Virus record (IMG/VR): IMGVR_UViG_3300037424_001177
Coordinates: 64,001-128,000 of that record
From: a virus
Length of the DNA: 64,000 nt
Direction: 5' to 3' (one strand)
How positions within the stretch are numbered: the stretch's first letter is position 1; each line of letters starts with the position of its first letter. The position numbers and the translations under genes were made by a program. Under the pieces are notes generated by a model. The model saw only the letters and a program-made list of their open reading frames with translations, did no database searches and was not told where the DNA came from. Below, one piece after another: positions 49,143-59,216 of the stretch.

Positions 49143-49562
49143 ATGGATGATGTAGTCTCTCAGTTTCTGAGTCGCGGAACCGCGATCATTGCGGTTTCTG
49201 TTGTCATATTTGTGTTCTTCACTCGACGCCTTGTCGAGATCGCATTTCCCTCTCTGAAGCCTCTTGCACGTGAAATGGATCACGGGCCCATGTACACGAG
49301 TCGGGGTTCCCTGTTATGGAACCAAGTCGGGCTCTACGCACTACCTGTCATTGCAGGCGCTCTGTTCGGGATGTTCGTCAAAGAGCCTGCCATTTACGGC
49401 GGGACCGAGATCACTACGACCTCTGGTCGCATCTTTTACGCAATGGTGGTCGGGTGGTTCTCCGACTTCTTGTACGAGGTCGTGCAGAAAACGCTGTACA
49501 AGAGTACGGGTATTGCGCTACCAGATCCAACTCCCAGTGTCCCCCCAACCGAACGAAACTAA
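49143..49562 (+). CDS. Membrane protein, holin-like
   Basis: GGAG RBS; three hydrophobic segments in ~140 aa. Confidence 0.55.
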   Translation: MDDVVSQFLSRGTAIIAVSVVIFVFFTRRLVEIAFPSLKPLAREMDHGPMYTSRGSLLWNQVGLYALPVIAGALFGMFVKEPAIYGGTEITTTSGRIFYAMVVGWFSDFLYEVVQKTLYKSTGIALPDPTPSVPPTERN

Positions 49563-50055
49563 GGCTCAGAAGGTCTGGGCCTGGATCCGTCGTTGGATCC
49601 TTGCACCGTTACCTGCGCTCTTGCTCGTCATTGGGGCGATCGTCCTGGTCATGTTGGGCGTCAAGAACTTGCAAATCGGTGGTCTCTTGGCCCGTTTGCT
49701 TGGCAGGTCCGGTAGCGACAAGAAAGCCGTCGACGTTGCCAACACTATACCGAAGGACCGTGTCGACAAGGACGGTAAGTTGATACCCATTGGGGTGCCT
49801 GATGAGCACGGGATCACGCAAGCCAAGGTAGTGGCGATTGAGCCCCCAGGTTTATTTTCGAACCCGAAACAAGTAACAATCAAAGCGGAAGACGGCACCA
49901 AGCACGTCGTTGATCTGCCTACAGGTGTCAGGGCGCGAGATGTCGACAAGGTCGTGATCGTGAAGCCTGAAATTTTCGCAGTGACCGTTACCGACTCTTC
50001 GAAGGTTCCGAAGAAGACTGTGGACGATCTTCTGAAGCGATACGGCGGCAGCTGA
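49537..50055 (+). CDS. N-terminally membrane-anchored protein
   Basis: Start at GTG 49537; one TM helix (LAPLPALLLVIGAIVLVMLG) then a soluble domain. Confidence 0.6.
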   Translation: MSPQPNETKAQKVWAWIRRWILAPLPALLLVIGAIVLVMLGVKNLQIGGLLARLLGRSGSDKKAVDVANTIPKDRVDKDGKLIPIGVPDEHGITQAKVVAIEPPGLFSNPKQVTIKAEDGTKHVVDLPTGVRARDVDKVVIVKPEIFAVTVTDSSKVPKKTVDDLLKRYGGS

Positions 50056-50082
50056 CGTTCGGTGTTGTGATCATCGTCCTAG

Positions 50083-50694
50083 GTGGAGGCCTGGATGTTG
50101 ATTCGCACATTGTCTTTTTTGTTGGCGTTCGGATTCGTACGGACATCGTACGGCGCTGAGTGTGACGCGGGTTCGACTTGTGTCGCGGAGCCAGATTTGC
50201 ACACGATGATCGAGATCGTTCGTGAGAAGCAGTGTCTCAGTCAAACCGTTCCAACTTTTGAACTCGACCCTGTGATCATCACAGTGGACCGAGCCGGGAG
50301 GATCTTTTACTCGACGAAAGGTCCTCAGCCGTACAAGCTGCGAATGAAGTGGTGTGTGTACGACATCGAAGCCCAGGGCAAACTCAATGTCGTCGCTGCC
50401 GTGCAGGAGCCACCCTGGATTGGGTTTCGGTTTCGTCCCAAAGCGTACTTGGGCGCGTTGCTTGCTGAGCCACTCCAAGAAGGACGCAGGTTTCGGGATG
50501 CCTGGGATGCAGGCGCCATGATTGACGTGTTTTACGTACGAGACTTCAATCTCAATGCACACATTGGATTTCGAGCCGTTGGTTTAGGCCTCGGTGTTGA
50601 TCTGGTCAAGAACTTTGGAGTTTACGTAGGCTACGCCTACGGTTGGACGGCGAAACACAATCCTGAAGCTGCTGTGTGGTTCGCGTTTTTCTGA
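50083..50694 (+). CDS. Secreted protein with C-terminal amphipathic beta-strands (outer-membrane-protein-like)
   Basis: Signal peptide; alternating strands LGLGVDLV, FGVYVGYAYG; ends AVWFAFF. Confidence 0.6.
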   Translation: MEAWMLIRTLSFLLAFGFVRTSYGAECDAGSTCVAEPDLHTMIEIVREKQCLSQTVPTFELDPVIITVDRAGRIFYSTKGPQPYKLRMKWCVYDIEAQGKLNVVAAVQEPPWIGFRFRPKAYLGALLAEPLQEGRRFRDAWDAGAMIDVFYVRDFNLNAHIGFRAVGLGLGVDLVKNFGVYVGYAYGWTAKHNPEAAVWFAFF

Positions 50695-50706
50695 TCTTGG
50701 TGTTAC

Positions 50707-51057
50707 GTGAAGCCGATCGTGATCATTGAATCACCTTACGGTTCAGGCTCCGGACCAAATGGCCGGGCGACGCAAAAGGACCTTGCGCGCAACAAGGAAT
50801 ATTTGGAGCGTGCCATACGAGATTCACTTCTTCGTGGAGAAGCGCCGTTTGCTTCTCATCGGATGTATCCTGGAGCGCTAGATGACCACATACCCGAAGA
50901 ACGAAAGCTCGGAATAGAGGTCGGTTTGGTGTTCTACGAAGTCGCGGACATGGTAGCTGTCTACACGGATTACGGGATCACTGAAGGTATGAAGAAGGGG
51001 ATTGAGCACGCCAAGATCAATTACTTGGGGATTGAGTACAGAAACCTCAACGACTGA
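50707..51057 (+). CDS. Nucleoside 2-deoxyribosyltransferase-like protein (DUF4406-like)
   Basis: VIIESPY...RGEAPFASH...ER..GI...VY.D.GI.EGM..GI. Confidence 0.65.
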   Translation: MKPIVIIESPYGSGSGPNGRATQKDLARNKEYLERAIRDSLLRGEAPFASHRMYPGALDDHIPEERKLGIEVGLVFYEVADMVAVYTDYGITEGMKKGIEHAKINYLGIEYRNLND

Positions 51058-52838
51058 TGGAGGCCCCGACTAAATCGAACCCGTTGCTGGAGAAGCTGCG
51101 GGTTATCAGGTCTCGAAAAGACTTGAAGCCATTGCCGCCGACGCCTCTGTTGAAAACGGAGATTCGAGGACTCGACGGAGAGTTGACACCGCTTCAGATC
51201 CGGTACTACCAGATCCAAGCTATCCTCACCATGCTCGCGATGAAGCGCATGGTGCTTGGTGATGATACTGGGATCGGGAAGACGTTTGAAACTTTAGCGA
51301 CACTTTGTTATCTGTGGGGGAAGCACCCAAATACAAAAGTCGTGGTCGTCGCACCGAAGAGTGCGCTTCGCCAGTGGGCGAGTGAGATCGCCAAATTCAC
51401 ACAAGGTGTCAAGTCCTTCGTCGTCGCGGATCAAAAGATCAAAGACAAGCCACCGGCTGAAGCGCGCCGCCTAGTTTACGAGGAATGGCTTCGAACAGAC
51501 CAGTCTGTTCTCATCTTGAGTTACAAGACGCTGATCATCGACTGGAACTACGACGGCTATCGACCGTTGTTGCCTGGTACGGCACGCCCCGATCCCAAGC
51601 AACCTGTGATACCAGGAATGCTCGATCGACTTTTCAAGTCTTCCGGTCCGAACCTTGTCCTCATTTACGACGAGTGCACAGCATTCAAGGAGACCCGCAC
51701 GAAGACGTGGGAGATTTGCCGATACGCTGCGCAGTCAGCTGATCGTGTGTACGGCCTCACCGCAACCTTGCTCAAAAATCGCCTCTTCGAGGGGTACGGT
51801 ATTTACAAGGTCATCGTGCCTACTTTATTCCGCACGAAGACCGGTTTCATGAAGGACTTCTGTTACGTCGAGTTGTTGGAGGTGCAGCGTGGTAGAAAGA
51901 TCCCAATCATCAAGGGTTACAAGAATCTAGACCAGTTTCGACGGACGATCGAACCTGTCTACCTCGGTCGGGCTAAGCATACGGTCACGACTGACCTTCC
52001 TGTCCTCACTACTCGGGAGTTTTTGATCGAGCTCAATCGCGCTGAACGGATCAAGTACCAGGAGGCGTTGCGAGGCTTGATTGAACTTGGCGACGGCGAT
52101 TTGAAGTCCTTCAGTGAGACCAAGGCTTTGACCAGCCTCATTTACTGTCAACAGGTTGTGAACTCCCTCGCACTGCTGAAGTTTCAAGAAGGCGACGACG
52201 TAGGAGATTTCAGCGATGTTTTGAGCGGGGACACCGCTAAGGTTGGCAGTTTGAGCAGCAAGGAAGCCGCTCTGATCGATCTTTTGACGGATGAGTTGGA
52301 TGGGGCCAAGGTCATCGTCTACACGCGTTTCGCGAGCCACACCACGCGGTTGTGTGAGATCTTAGCAAAGCACAAAATCAGGGCCGTAAAAATCACAGGG
52401 GCTGAAAACACACGACAGCGTGATGAGGCGCAAGCTGCGTTTCAAGACCTGAAGTCCGACGTGCGTGTTGTCGTGATCACGAACGCGGGTTCTGAAGCCA
52501 TCAACCTGCAAGCTGGGGCAGCTCTCATTTACTTCGACATGCCGTGGTCGTGGGGGGACTTCGTTCAGATCCTAGGACGCATGGTCCGGATCGGATCCCC
52601 TCACCGCGGTGTCTTAGTGTACTTGTTCTTGGCTGAGCTGGACGGTGAGGGCAAAGCCAGGAAGACGATCGACCATCACGTACTGACCTTGTTGCGAAAG
52701 AAGAAGCGCTTGATCGAACAAGTTCTGTCGGCAGACAAAGTGGGAGCGATCGAACTGGAGAAGGACAAAGATGGCAGTACCCGCGACTTATTCCGTCTGA
52801 TGAGAGAGTCACAGAAGGTCGTGAGGGGAGAAGTCTAG
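51057..52838 (+). CDS. SNF2-family helicase
   Basis: LGDDTGIGKT, VVAPKS..RQW..E, YDEC, LTAT, AGSEAINLQ, DMPWS...Q..GR..RIG. Confidence 0.92.
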   Translation: MEAPTKSNPLLEKLRVIRSRKDLKPLPPTPLLKTEIRGLDGELTPLQIRYYQIQAILTMLAMKRMVLGDDTGIGKTFETLATLCYLWGKHPNTKVVVVAPKSALRQWASEIAKFTQGVKSFVVADQKIKDKPPAEARRLVYEEWLRTDQSVLILSYKTLIIDWNYDGYRPLLPGTARPDPKQPVIPGMLDRLFKSSGPNLVLIYDECTAFKETRTKTWEICRYAAQSADRVYGLTATLLKNRLFEGYGIYKVIVPTLFRTKTGFMKDFCYVELLEVQRGRKIPIIKGYKNLDQFRRTIEPVYLGRAKHTVTTDLPVLTTREFLIELNRAERIKYQEALRGLIELGDGDLKSFSETKALTSLIYCQQVVNSLALLKFQEGDDVGDFSDVLSGDTAKVGSLSSKEAALIDLLTDELDGAKVIVYTRFASHTTRLCEILAKHKIRAVKITGAENTRQRDEAQAAFQDLKSDVRVVVITNAGSEAINLQAGAALIYFDMPWSWGDFVQILGRMVRIGSPHRGVLVYLFLAELDGEGKARKTIDHHVLTLLRKKKRLIEQVLSADKVGAIELEKDKDGSTRDLFRLMRESQKVVRGEV

Positions 52839-53708
52839 TTGTCTTGCGATCGTTGTGGCTTGACGCCTTATGATGGGTGTAAGGACGGGGAAATCTCGGT
52901 CAACGACATCACAGTACGTCGCTGCCCGAACATCTGTGTCCGCGAAGCCGTTGATTCCATCCATCGGCGTTTGGGCTCTGAAATAGCCTCTGCTGCTAAT
53001 ATTTTGGAGAGTCCATTCTATCGACCGCGTAAAGACGAGTCAGCAACATCTGAGGTCGACTGCACAACAAAAAACGTTCGTATCCGAGGCACAACTTGGT
53101 CCGAATTCCTTCCTCATCTCAAGTTAGTGTTGGTTTGTCATCCGACACTGACTTTCAAGATAGTTGACGACGGCCGTTTGCGTGACGTGTTCGTCGGAGG
53201 AGAAGCCTACAGGTCGACGGCTGTTTCAAAGCGTGACCAGCGTGAAACACATAACGTGATCCGAGAGTTGGTAGGACAGGAATTCGGTTTGGTCATTCTT
53301 CGTCTAGGACATCTTGGTTGGAGGAACGTGGCCGCGAGCGGTGTCCTAGAAGAGGCTCTCAAAATCCGTGAAACAGACAATCAGCCTACGTGGGTATTTG
53401 AGTCCTGTGACCCGGCTTACGTGTGGAAACATTCACACAGTATTGAGGTGGAGTCCTACATTGAGTCCCGTTACGAAGAGGTGCATTTGACTTCTGAATT
53501 GGGCGTGGAAGTCGCGTCTGGCGATATCGGTCTTGATTCACCGGAGACCTCGGAAGACTTGTTTGTGGATGTGGAGACCGCGCCGGTTGAACATTCGTCT
53601 TTCGTGCCGGAAACGGCTCAAGGCAGTTTCGGGGAACCCTCTGACGAGAGCGACAGGTTGGATGTTATGTTGGGCGGAGGTTCGAAACGTCCTAAGTACA
53701 GACGTTGA
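52839..53708 (+). CDS. Degenerate DnaC/IstB-like protein (possible helicase loader)
   Basis: N-terminal Cys cluster; LVILRLG...LEEAL.IR...QPTW resembles the DnaC C-terminus without Walker residues; directly upstream of dnaB. Confidence 0.45.
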   Translation: MSCDRCGLTPYDGCKDGEISVNDITVRRCPNICVREAVDSIHRRLGSEIASAANILESPFYRPRKDESATSEVDCTTKNVRIRGTTWSEFLPHLKLVLVCHPTLTFKIVDDGRLRDVFVGGEAYRSTAVSKRDQRETHNVIRELVGQEFGLVILRLGHLGWRNVAASGVLEEALKIRETDNQPTWVFESCDPAYVWKHSHSIEVESYIESRYEEVHLTSELGVEVASGDIGLDSPETSEDLFVDVETAPVEHSSFVPETAQGSFGEPSDESDRLDVMLGGGSKRPKYRR

Positions 53709-53714
53709 TCCACT

Positions 53715-55187
53715 ATGTCCAAACGGCTTTTACGTGGCATCATCGATTTCGGTGATGCCAAGCTCACGATCGAGCAAATAGACGGCAACTATCGTCGTCT
53801 ATTGAGGTCAGGGTTTGAGTGGTACAACCCTGATGAGACCAAGATCTGGACCTACGTACAAGAGTACGTTCAACAGAATCTTGAACCTCCGGACTGGGCG
53901 TCGATACGCGACTACTTCGAGCGAAATAATGAAATAACGGTTGTCGAAAAACTTGCCGACATCAAAACAGTCGAAGCCTACACTCGCAGTAACTACGGCA
54001 CGCTGCTCAAAACGCTACGTGAGGAGCAGGCCCAAAACAAGGTTCGAAAACTGCTACGCGATGTCGAAGAGATCATCACGAAGGGGCGCGTCGAAGGCAA
54101 GACACAGCTGAAAGGTGTCACACATGCCCTACAGTACTTCAACCAACACATCTACGAGGAGGTCCCTCGAGACCACAATATTCAAATTGAAGGGGACATC
54201 GTACACGATACAGAGCGTGTGTGGGCAGAGTACCAAGATGCCAAGTCACAAAAAGACAAGGCTTATGGGAAATTCACAGGCATTGATCACATTGACAAAA
54301 CCTGCCACGGTATCAAGAAAGGCGAACTGTGGGTTCACGCTGCCGCGACCGGCGAATTGAAATCTTCATTTGCGATCAATTGGTGCTATAACCTGGCGAC
54401 ACGCTATCGCACACACAGCTTGTACGTCAGCCTTGAAATGCGATACGAGCATTTGCGGCGTCTCTTGGCGGTGATGCACACGTCCAATGGGAAGTTTGTG
54501 GCTCAGGGGCGCCAACCCCTGGACTATCGCAAGGTGCGCGACGGGGAGCTGACCAAAGAGGAAGAAGCCTTCTACAAAGAAGCTCTGCACGATCTCGAGA
54601 ACAATCCTGAATACCACAAGATTCGGGTTTACTCACCTGATCGGAAAGTCGGTATCGATGACATTCGTGTGTACGCGGAGTCCGTCCATCGATCGATGGA
54701 TGTAGGTCTATTAGTTGTCGATCATAGCGGTCTTGTCAAAGCCGCTCGGGCACACAAGGACTACACCGTTGAGCACAACACGGTAATCGTTGACGCTAAG
54801 CTTCTTGCACTACACTTCAATGGTGGAACTGGCTTACCGGTTTTGCTGTTGCATCAGATCAACCGCCAGGGCAAGGACGCAGCGGACAAGCAGGAGGGGA
54901 CTGAGAAGGAGGGCGTGTATCGGTTCAGCAATCTAAGTTACGCAAATGAAGCAGAACGCTCCGCTGACTACGTGACGACGTCGTATTTGTGTGACTCCTT
55001 GCGGGCCGCAGGAGAGACCATTTTTTGCAATCTGAAGAATCGTGACAACGACTTGTTCAGCAAGGTGAAGGTGAAGGTCGACTTCGCGAACGCTCGAAGG
55101 TTGCGTAACCTGGAAGGTCAGGAATCCTTCAACAACAAGGAGCTGACCAAAGAGGATTTGCGCCTGTTGAACGAGGCTGGACTGTGA
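53715..55187 (+). CDS. dnaB: Replicative DnaB-like helicase
   Basis: TGIDHID...GIKKGEL...AATGELKSS, YVSLEM, LVVDH, LLHQINR, ERSAD, LKNRD. Confidence 0.88.
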   Translation: MSKRLLRGIIDFGDAKLTIEQIDGNYRRLLRSGFEWYNPDETKIWTYVQEYVQQNLEPPDWASIRDYFERNNEITVVEKLADIKTVEAYTRSNYGTLLKTLREEQAQNKVRKLLRDVEEIITKGRVEGKTQLKGVTHALQYFNQHIYEEVPRDHNIQIEGDIVHDTERVWAEYQDAKSQKDKAYGKFTGIDHIDKTCHGIKKGELWVHAAATGELKSSFAINWCYNLATRYRTHSLYVSLEMRYEHLRRLLAVMHTSNGKFVAQGRQPLDYRKVRDGELTKEEEAFYKEALHDLENNPEYHKIRVYSPDRKVGIDDIRVYAESVHRSMDVGLLVVDHSGLVKAARAHKDYTVEHNTVIVDAKLLALHFNGGTGLPVLLLHQINRQGKDAADKQEGTEKEGVYRFSNLSYANEAERSADYVTTSYLCDSLRAAGETIFCNLKNRDNDLFSKVKVKVDFANARRLRNLEGQESFNNKELTKEDLRLLNEAGL

Positions 55188-55804
55188 GTGACGAGCTTCG
55201 CGCGTGGTACAAACAACGGGTTGCGAAAATTCACGACCAGGTGTCTGTGCACAGCGTTCTACGCCAACACGGCATTAAGCTTTCAAGCCACGACAAGGAA
55301 GAGCAAATTTCTTGCCCCTTTCATGGCAAGGACGAGAAGCCGAGTGCTCGAGTCTACCTTTCGTCTTCAGGGGGACCCAGCGGAGCCTGGTGTTTCGTCT
55401 GTCGCGAGCGTTGGGATGTCATTGCTCTTTGGCGAAAGTTCAACGACTCAGAGCAACCATTCGGGAAAACTCTTTCGGAAATTGAGCGCGCCTACCAGAT
55501 CACGACGCCTCCAGTTCCTGAAGGTGTTGATGTCGTAAAAGAGGTTTCTGATCGTCGACACGAGTCGTGGTCAGAGTTTCAGGAGCAAGTAGAGACTAGG
55601 TTGCGCAGCACGCGAGACGATTTTCTTCGGGCCGACAACTTCAAGAGCTACGCCGCTGCGGGCATCGTATTGGATCGCATCGATTACGCGGTTCGACACG
55701 GAACTTTGAGCTACGAGGAAGCCAAAAAATCTCTCAACGCTTTGCTGAACAAGATCGGTGAGAGAGTTCGTCATGGCCCGGCAAGTCAAAATCCCGACAC
55801 ATGA
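55184..55804 (+). CDS. CHC2 zinc finger (primase-type zinc-binding domain) protein
   Basis: CPFH...KPSA...WCFVC...DVI; no TOPRIM domain. Confidence 0.8.
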   Translation: MSDELRAWYKQRVAKIHDQVSVHSVLRQHGIKLSSHDKEEQISCPFHGKDEKPSARVYLSSSGGPSGAWCFVCRERWDVIALWRKFNDSEQPFGKTLSEIERAYQITTPPVPEGVDVVKEVSDRRHESWSEFQEQVETRLRSTRDDFLRADNFKSYAAAGIVLDRIDYAVRHGTLSYEEAKKSLNALLNKIGERVRHGPASQNPDT

Positions 55805-56201
55805 GCGAGGCGAAATCTCAGCGTTGTTGGTTCAGTCCCACAACGGTATTTGGGAGTCAGAGTGGGATTCATTGCGTGGGACTATCTACGAAGGCTTGGT
55901 CACCAAGGTCGATTTTGAAATCTTAGAGCAAGCTCTTCAGGGGTGGAGTCGCCCCTTGTCAGAGGCCCTCGGTTTGCCGCCAGTCGGATCGATCAAAAAG
56001 TTACCTATTGAAGCGAAACAGTGCTCACAAAAACAAACCTGTCCGTTTCACGACAAGCATTGCCAAGCTGAGCATCGACAACGCCCGCCATGTTACATGC
56101 CCGGCGGTGTTGTAGGAGACGTGCAGGAGACATTGACGCGGGCTCTCGACCTCTGGAAGCTAGACGTCTACATTTTGGTGGTCGAACGCGATGGCATCTG
56201 A
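55773..56201 (+). CDS. Hypothetical Cys-containing protein
   Basis: C..K..CPFH...C...PPC cluster; overlaps both neighbours. Confidence 0.6.
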   Translation: MARQVKIPTHERGEISALLVQSHNGIWESEWDSLRGTIYEGLVTKVDFEILEQALQGWSRPLSEALGLPPVGSIKKLPIEAKQCSQKQTCPFHDKHCQAEHRQRPPCYMPGGVVGDVQETLTRALDLWKLDVYILVVERDGI

Positions 56202-59115
56202 AGACGACGACCTCTTGAGTTTTTTGGGACTCGTCGAAACTCCCAAAAAATCCGAACCAAAAAAGGCAATGACTCCTATTGCGGTGGGAGGTAACGCCGA
56301 AGCATTTCTAGCGTTGCAGAACGACATTGCGGACAAGGTCAAAGAAACTTCTCTACGTAAACGGTGGATGAAGTTTCATCGTTTCACTTTGGTGAAGACG
56401 GTCGAGGAAGTTCGTGCTTTGGTAGACCGTGCGCTAGCACATGGCCGCTGTTCCCTGGATCTTGAAACTGGAGGATTCGACAACCGCATTGACTACGTCG
56501 ACGGGCGTCCGAGAACCAAACATCAAATTGTAGGGTACGCCATTTCAGTTCGCGGACACGGACACTACATTCCGGTGCGTCACCACTACGACGCCAATTA
56601 CGAGGAGCGTGACCCAAACGTTCCTGTTGAGTCCGTGGAGCAAGAGATCACACGACTTTGCCGAGCATCCCAACCTGTCTTGACTCCGGAAGGGTTAGCC
56701 GACGATCCGTTAGGATCAAAGGCAATACAAGAACCTGGAAAGGTCATCGTCTATTTCGCCAATGCCAAGTTCGACCAGGAGTTTCTGTACCCTGTTACCG
56801 GCATCGACTTCTGGCATCCGTCGAGCTTTGAAGACGCGGAGCTTGCGATTTATGCTGTGCACTCTGACGCTGATCTCGGCTTGAAGGACAACGCTCTACG
56901 GTTTCTCAAGATCAAAGACCCTGAGACGAAGGAATACGTCCCGTATGAGATGATCAACTACGACGAGCTGTTTCCTCCCAACACGCCTCGTAGGGAGCGC
57001 AAGATTGCCACGCGCTATCCTGACGACGACAGTGACATCGTCGTCTACGGCTGCTCGGATGCTATTTGCACCGAATTGCTTTGCGAGCATCGCAAGACGG
57101 ATTGGGAACACACGCAGCCCGGTCTGGAGTATGATTATCGGGAGGTCGTCAGCGCTGTCATCGAGTCCAAGTACACGTTCACGTATCGTCTGGAGAAACA
57201 GACTGTACAGGTGATTCGTGTCATGGAGCGAAACCGCTCCAAGATTGATCGGGCAGAAATCCAAAGACTGTTAACTGAGGCTGAGGCCGAACTAGCGACG
57301 TTACTGACGGAAATACGAAAGGTTGGGATAGCGCGTGACAGGACCTTGTTCGCGGAACTGAACCCAGGATCGCCGAAGCAATTGTCGGATTTCTTGTTCT
57401 CGGAAAGAGGACTTGATCTAAAACCGAAACCGAATTTCACGGAGGCTAAGCAGCAATACGAGACCAACGCCAAGGTCCTCGAGAAGCTCGGTGACGCCCC
57501 AGGGGCCTCTAAGGTCCTGACCGACATCATCAAGTACAAGCAAATCGACAAGATCAAGGGCACCTATCTACAGGGGATGTTGGATACGTGTGATGACCAG
57601 GACCAACTGAGGTACAAGTTCAATCAGTTGGGGGCCATCACAGGTCGATTTACTGCACCCCAAGGTGATACTAGCGACGGCTACGCGGGAATCCCAATTC
57701 AGGGGATCCCTGTTCGAGACGATCCCAAAAAACCCAAGGTCGCACATTCGCTGCGGCGAGCCTTCATCGCACGTGACGGCTACACCTTGGTGAAGTGCGA
57801 CTACTCAGGGCAAGAGCTTCGAATTTCCACCAATCTGTCTGGCGAGGACGTGTGGATCAATGAGTTTTTGCACGGCACTGGCGATATCCATACGATCACA
57901 GCCAAGAACATCTTCGGTCCACACATCACCAAGAAAGATGAAGTCGAGCGAGACAAAGGCAAGCGCGTCAACTTCTCCATCTTGTATGGAGGTGGGATCA
58001 AGGCTGTTCAACGGAACGCAGGATGTGCGGAGCATGACGCTGCTCGCTGGATCGAACAGTTCCTAGCGGGGGTGCCCAAGATAGAGCAATGGATCAAGAA
58101 GCAACACGCGTTTGTCAAAGCCAACAAGGGTGTCTATTCGGCATTCCGTCGTTGGATTGAGGTTCCTGGTGCGGCCATCAAAGAGGGGGATCTTTCGTGT
58201 CAACGGTGTGGGCACTGTTTTACCCCGAAGAAAGCTGAGACAGAACCTTGTTCAAATTGCGGAGAGAAAATACGTCTAGCCGTAATTGACAAGAAAGAAG
58301 CCTGGTCAAGAAAGGGCTCAGCCGAACGCGAGTCCGTTAACTACCCTGTGCAGGCCACAGGAGCTGACATCATGAAAGTTGCTTTGGTGCTCCTCACTAA
58401 AGCATTTCGCAAGCTCAATTGGGACCGGTATTACGATCAGAATTGGAACCAACTCGGAGACGACCGGGTTCGTATGATTCTGACAGTGCACGACGAAATC
58501 GTGTTCGAGATCAAGCATCAACATTTGATGGAGGTGATTCCTGTCGTCATTGAGCTCATGGAATATCCGAGTCAGCTGCTACAATGGAAAGTCCCTTTAG
58601 TTGTCGATGTCTCACTGGGCCTGAACTGGGGCAGCAAGATCGCGTGGGACAAGGTGATTTCCAAGAAGACCCCTGTGCCAGAGTGGCTGGTGGAGTTCGT
58701 GACTCCAGACGCTTTGCCTGAGAAGATACCAGCCGGTCTACCACTGGTCCCGACGATTTCGTCAACTGCGACGACTTTTACTCCGCCTGCTGCTTCTGTC
58801 TCGACGGTTCGTGCCGCGTCGCCGGTAGACCCCTTGCCAAAGACCGCGACAAATGGTATCCAAAAACCAGTCGCGAAAAAAATTGCTCGATTCGTACTGT
58901 GCCAGACGTACCTCACAGAAGCTTCTGTGAGACTGACCTATGAGGCGGTGGCTGGATCGCTCCAACCTGGAGGGGATGTGTTATTGTGTCTGGTCGATCA
59001 GCACGATAACGTGCTGATCGACCCTTTGGAGAAACCGATACCGATTGACCCTGTATGTTTTGGTCACAAGATGGCGGATCGCGGGTTGGGTCCTGTAACT
59101 TACGTGCTGACTTGA
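56191..59115 (+). CDS. polA: Family A DNA polymerase with 3'-5' exonuclease
   Basis: ExoI DLET, ExoII NAKFD, ExoIII YGCSD; TGRF; motif A DYSGQELRI, motif B R..GK.VNFSILYG, motif C TVHDEIV. Confidence 0.95.
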   Translation: MASEDDDLLSFLGLVETPKKSEPKKAMTPIAVGGNAEAFLALQNDIADKVKETSLRKRWMKFHRFTLVKTVEEVRALVDRALAHGRCSLDLETGGFDNRIDYVDGRPRTKHQIVGYAISVRGHGHYIPVRHHYDANYEERDPNVPVESVEQEITRLCRASQPVLTPEGLADDPLGSKAIQEPGKVIVYFANAKFDQEFLYPVTGIDFWHPSSFEDAELAIYAVHSDADLGLKDNALRFLKIKDPETKEYVPYEMINYDELFPPNTPRRERKIATRYPDDDSDIVVYGCSDAICTELLCEHRKTDWEHTQPGLEYDYREVVSAVIESKYTFTYRLEKQTVQVIRVMERNRSKIDRAEIQRLLTEAEAELATLLTEIRKVGIARDRTLFAELNPGSPKQLSDFLFSERGLDLKPKPNFTEAKQQYETNAKVLEKLGDAPGASKVLTDIIKYKQIDKIKGTYLQGMLDTCDDQDQLRYKFNQLGAITGRFTAPQGDTSDGYAGIPIQGIPVRDDPKKPKVAHSLRRAFIARDGYTLVKCDYSGQELRISTNLSGEDVWINEFLHGTGDIHTITAKNIFGPHITKKDEVERDKGKRVNFSILYGGGIKAVQRNAGCAEHDAARWIEQFLAGVPKIEQWIKKQHAFVKANKGVYSAFRRWIEVPGAAIKEGDLSCQRCGHCFTPKKAETEPCSNCGEKIRLAVIDKKEAWSRKGSAERESVNYPVQATGADIMKVALVLLTKAFRKLNWDRYYDQNWNQLGDDRVRMILTVHDEIVFEIKHQHLMEVIPVVIELMEYPSQLLQWKVPLVVDVSLGLNWGSKIAWDKVISKKTPVPEWLVEFVTPDALPEKIPAGLPLVPTISSTATTFTPPAASVSTVRAASPVDPLPKTATNGIQKPVAKKIARFVLCQTYLTEASVRLTYEAVAGSLQPGGDVLLCLVDQHDNVLIDPLEKPIPIDPVCFGHKMADRGLGPVTYVLT

Positions 59116-59122
59116 CGCCATG

Positions 59123-59161
59123 GTTTCAATTTATCCCCCATCTAACGAAGACGACGGAAAA
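59123..59161 (-). CRISPR. Solitary CRISPR-repeat-like unit, copy 3
   Basis: Minus strand TTTT-CCGTCGTCT-TCGTT-AGATGGGGG-ATAA-ATTGAAAC. Cassette flanked by the 11-bp direct repeat TGACGCCATGG. Confidence 0.6.
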
Positions 59162-59164
59162 CTC

Positions 59165-59193
59165 AACTTAGCAGAAGTAATCTTTCGTCACAA
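59165..59193 (-). promoter_or_regulatory. Sigma70-type promoter driving repeat unit 3
   Basis: TTGTGA (59193-59188), 17 bp, TGc, TAAGTT (59170-59165). 59152-59203 is 50/52 identical to 11672-11723. Confidence 0.6.
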
Positions 59194-59216
59194 GCAACTC
59201 CTTACTTTCTGACGCC

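Noticed and set aside
56191-59115. Intein or intron in the DNA polymerase or helicases
   Set aside because: No intein terminal motifs (C...HN) or interrupted catalytic motifs; the only insert is a short zinc ribbon.
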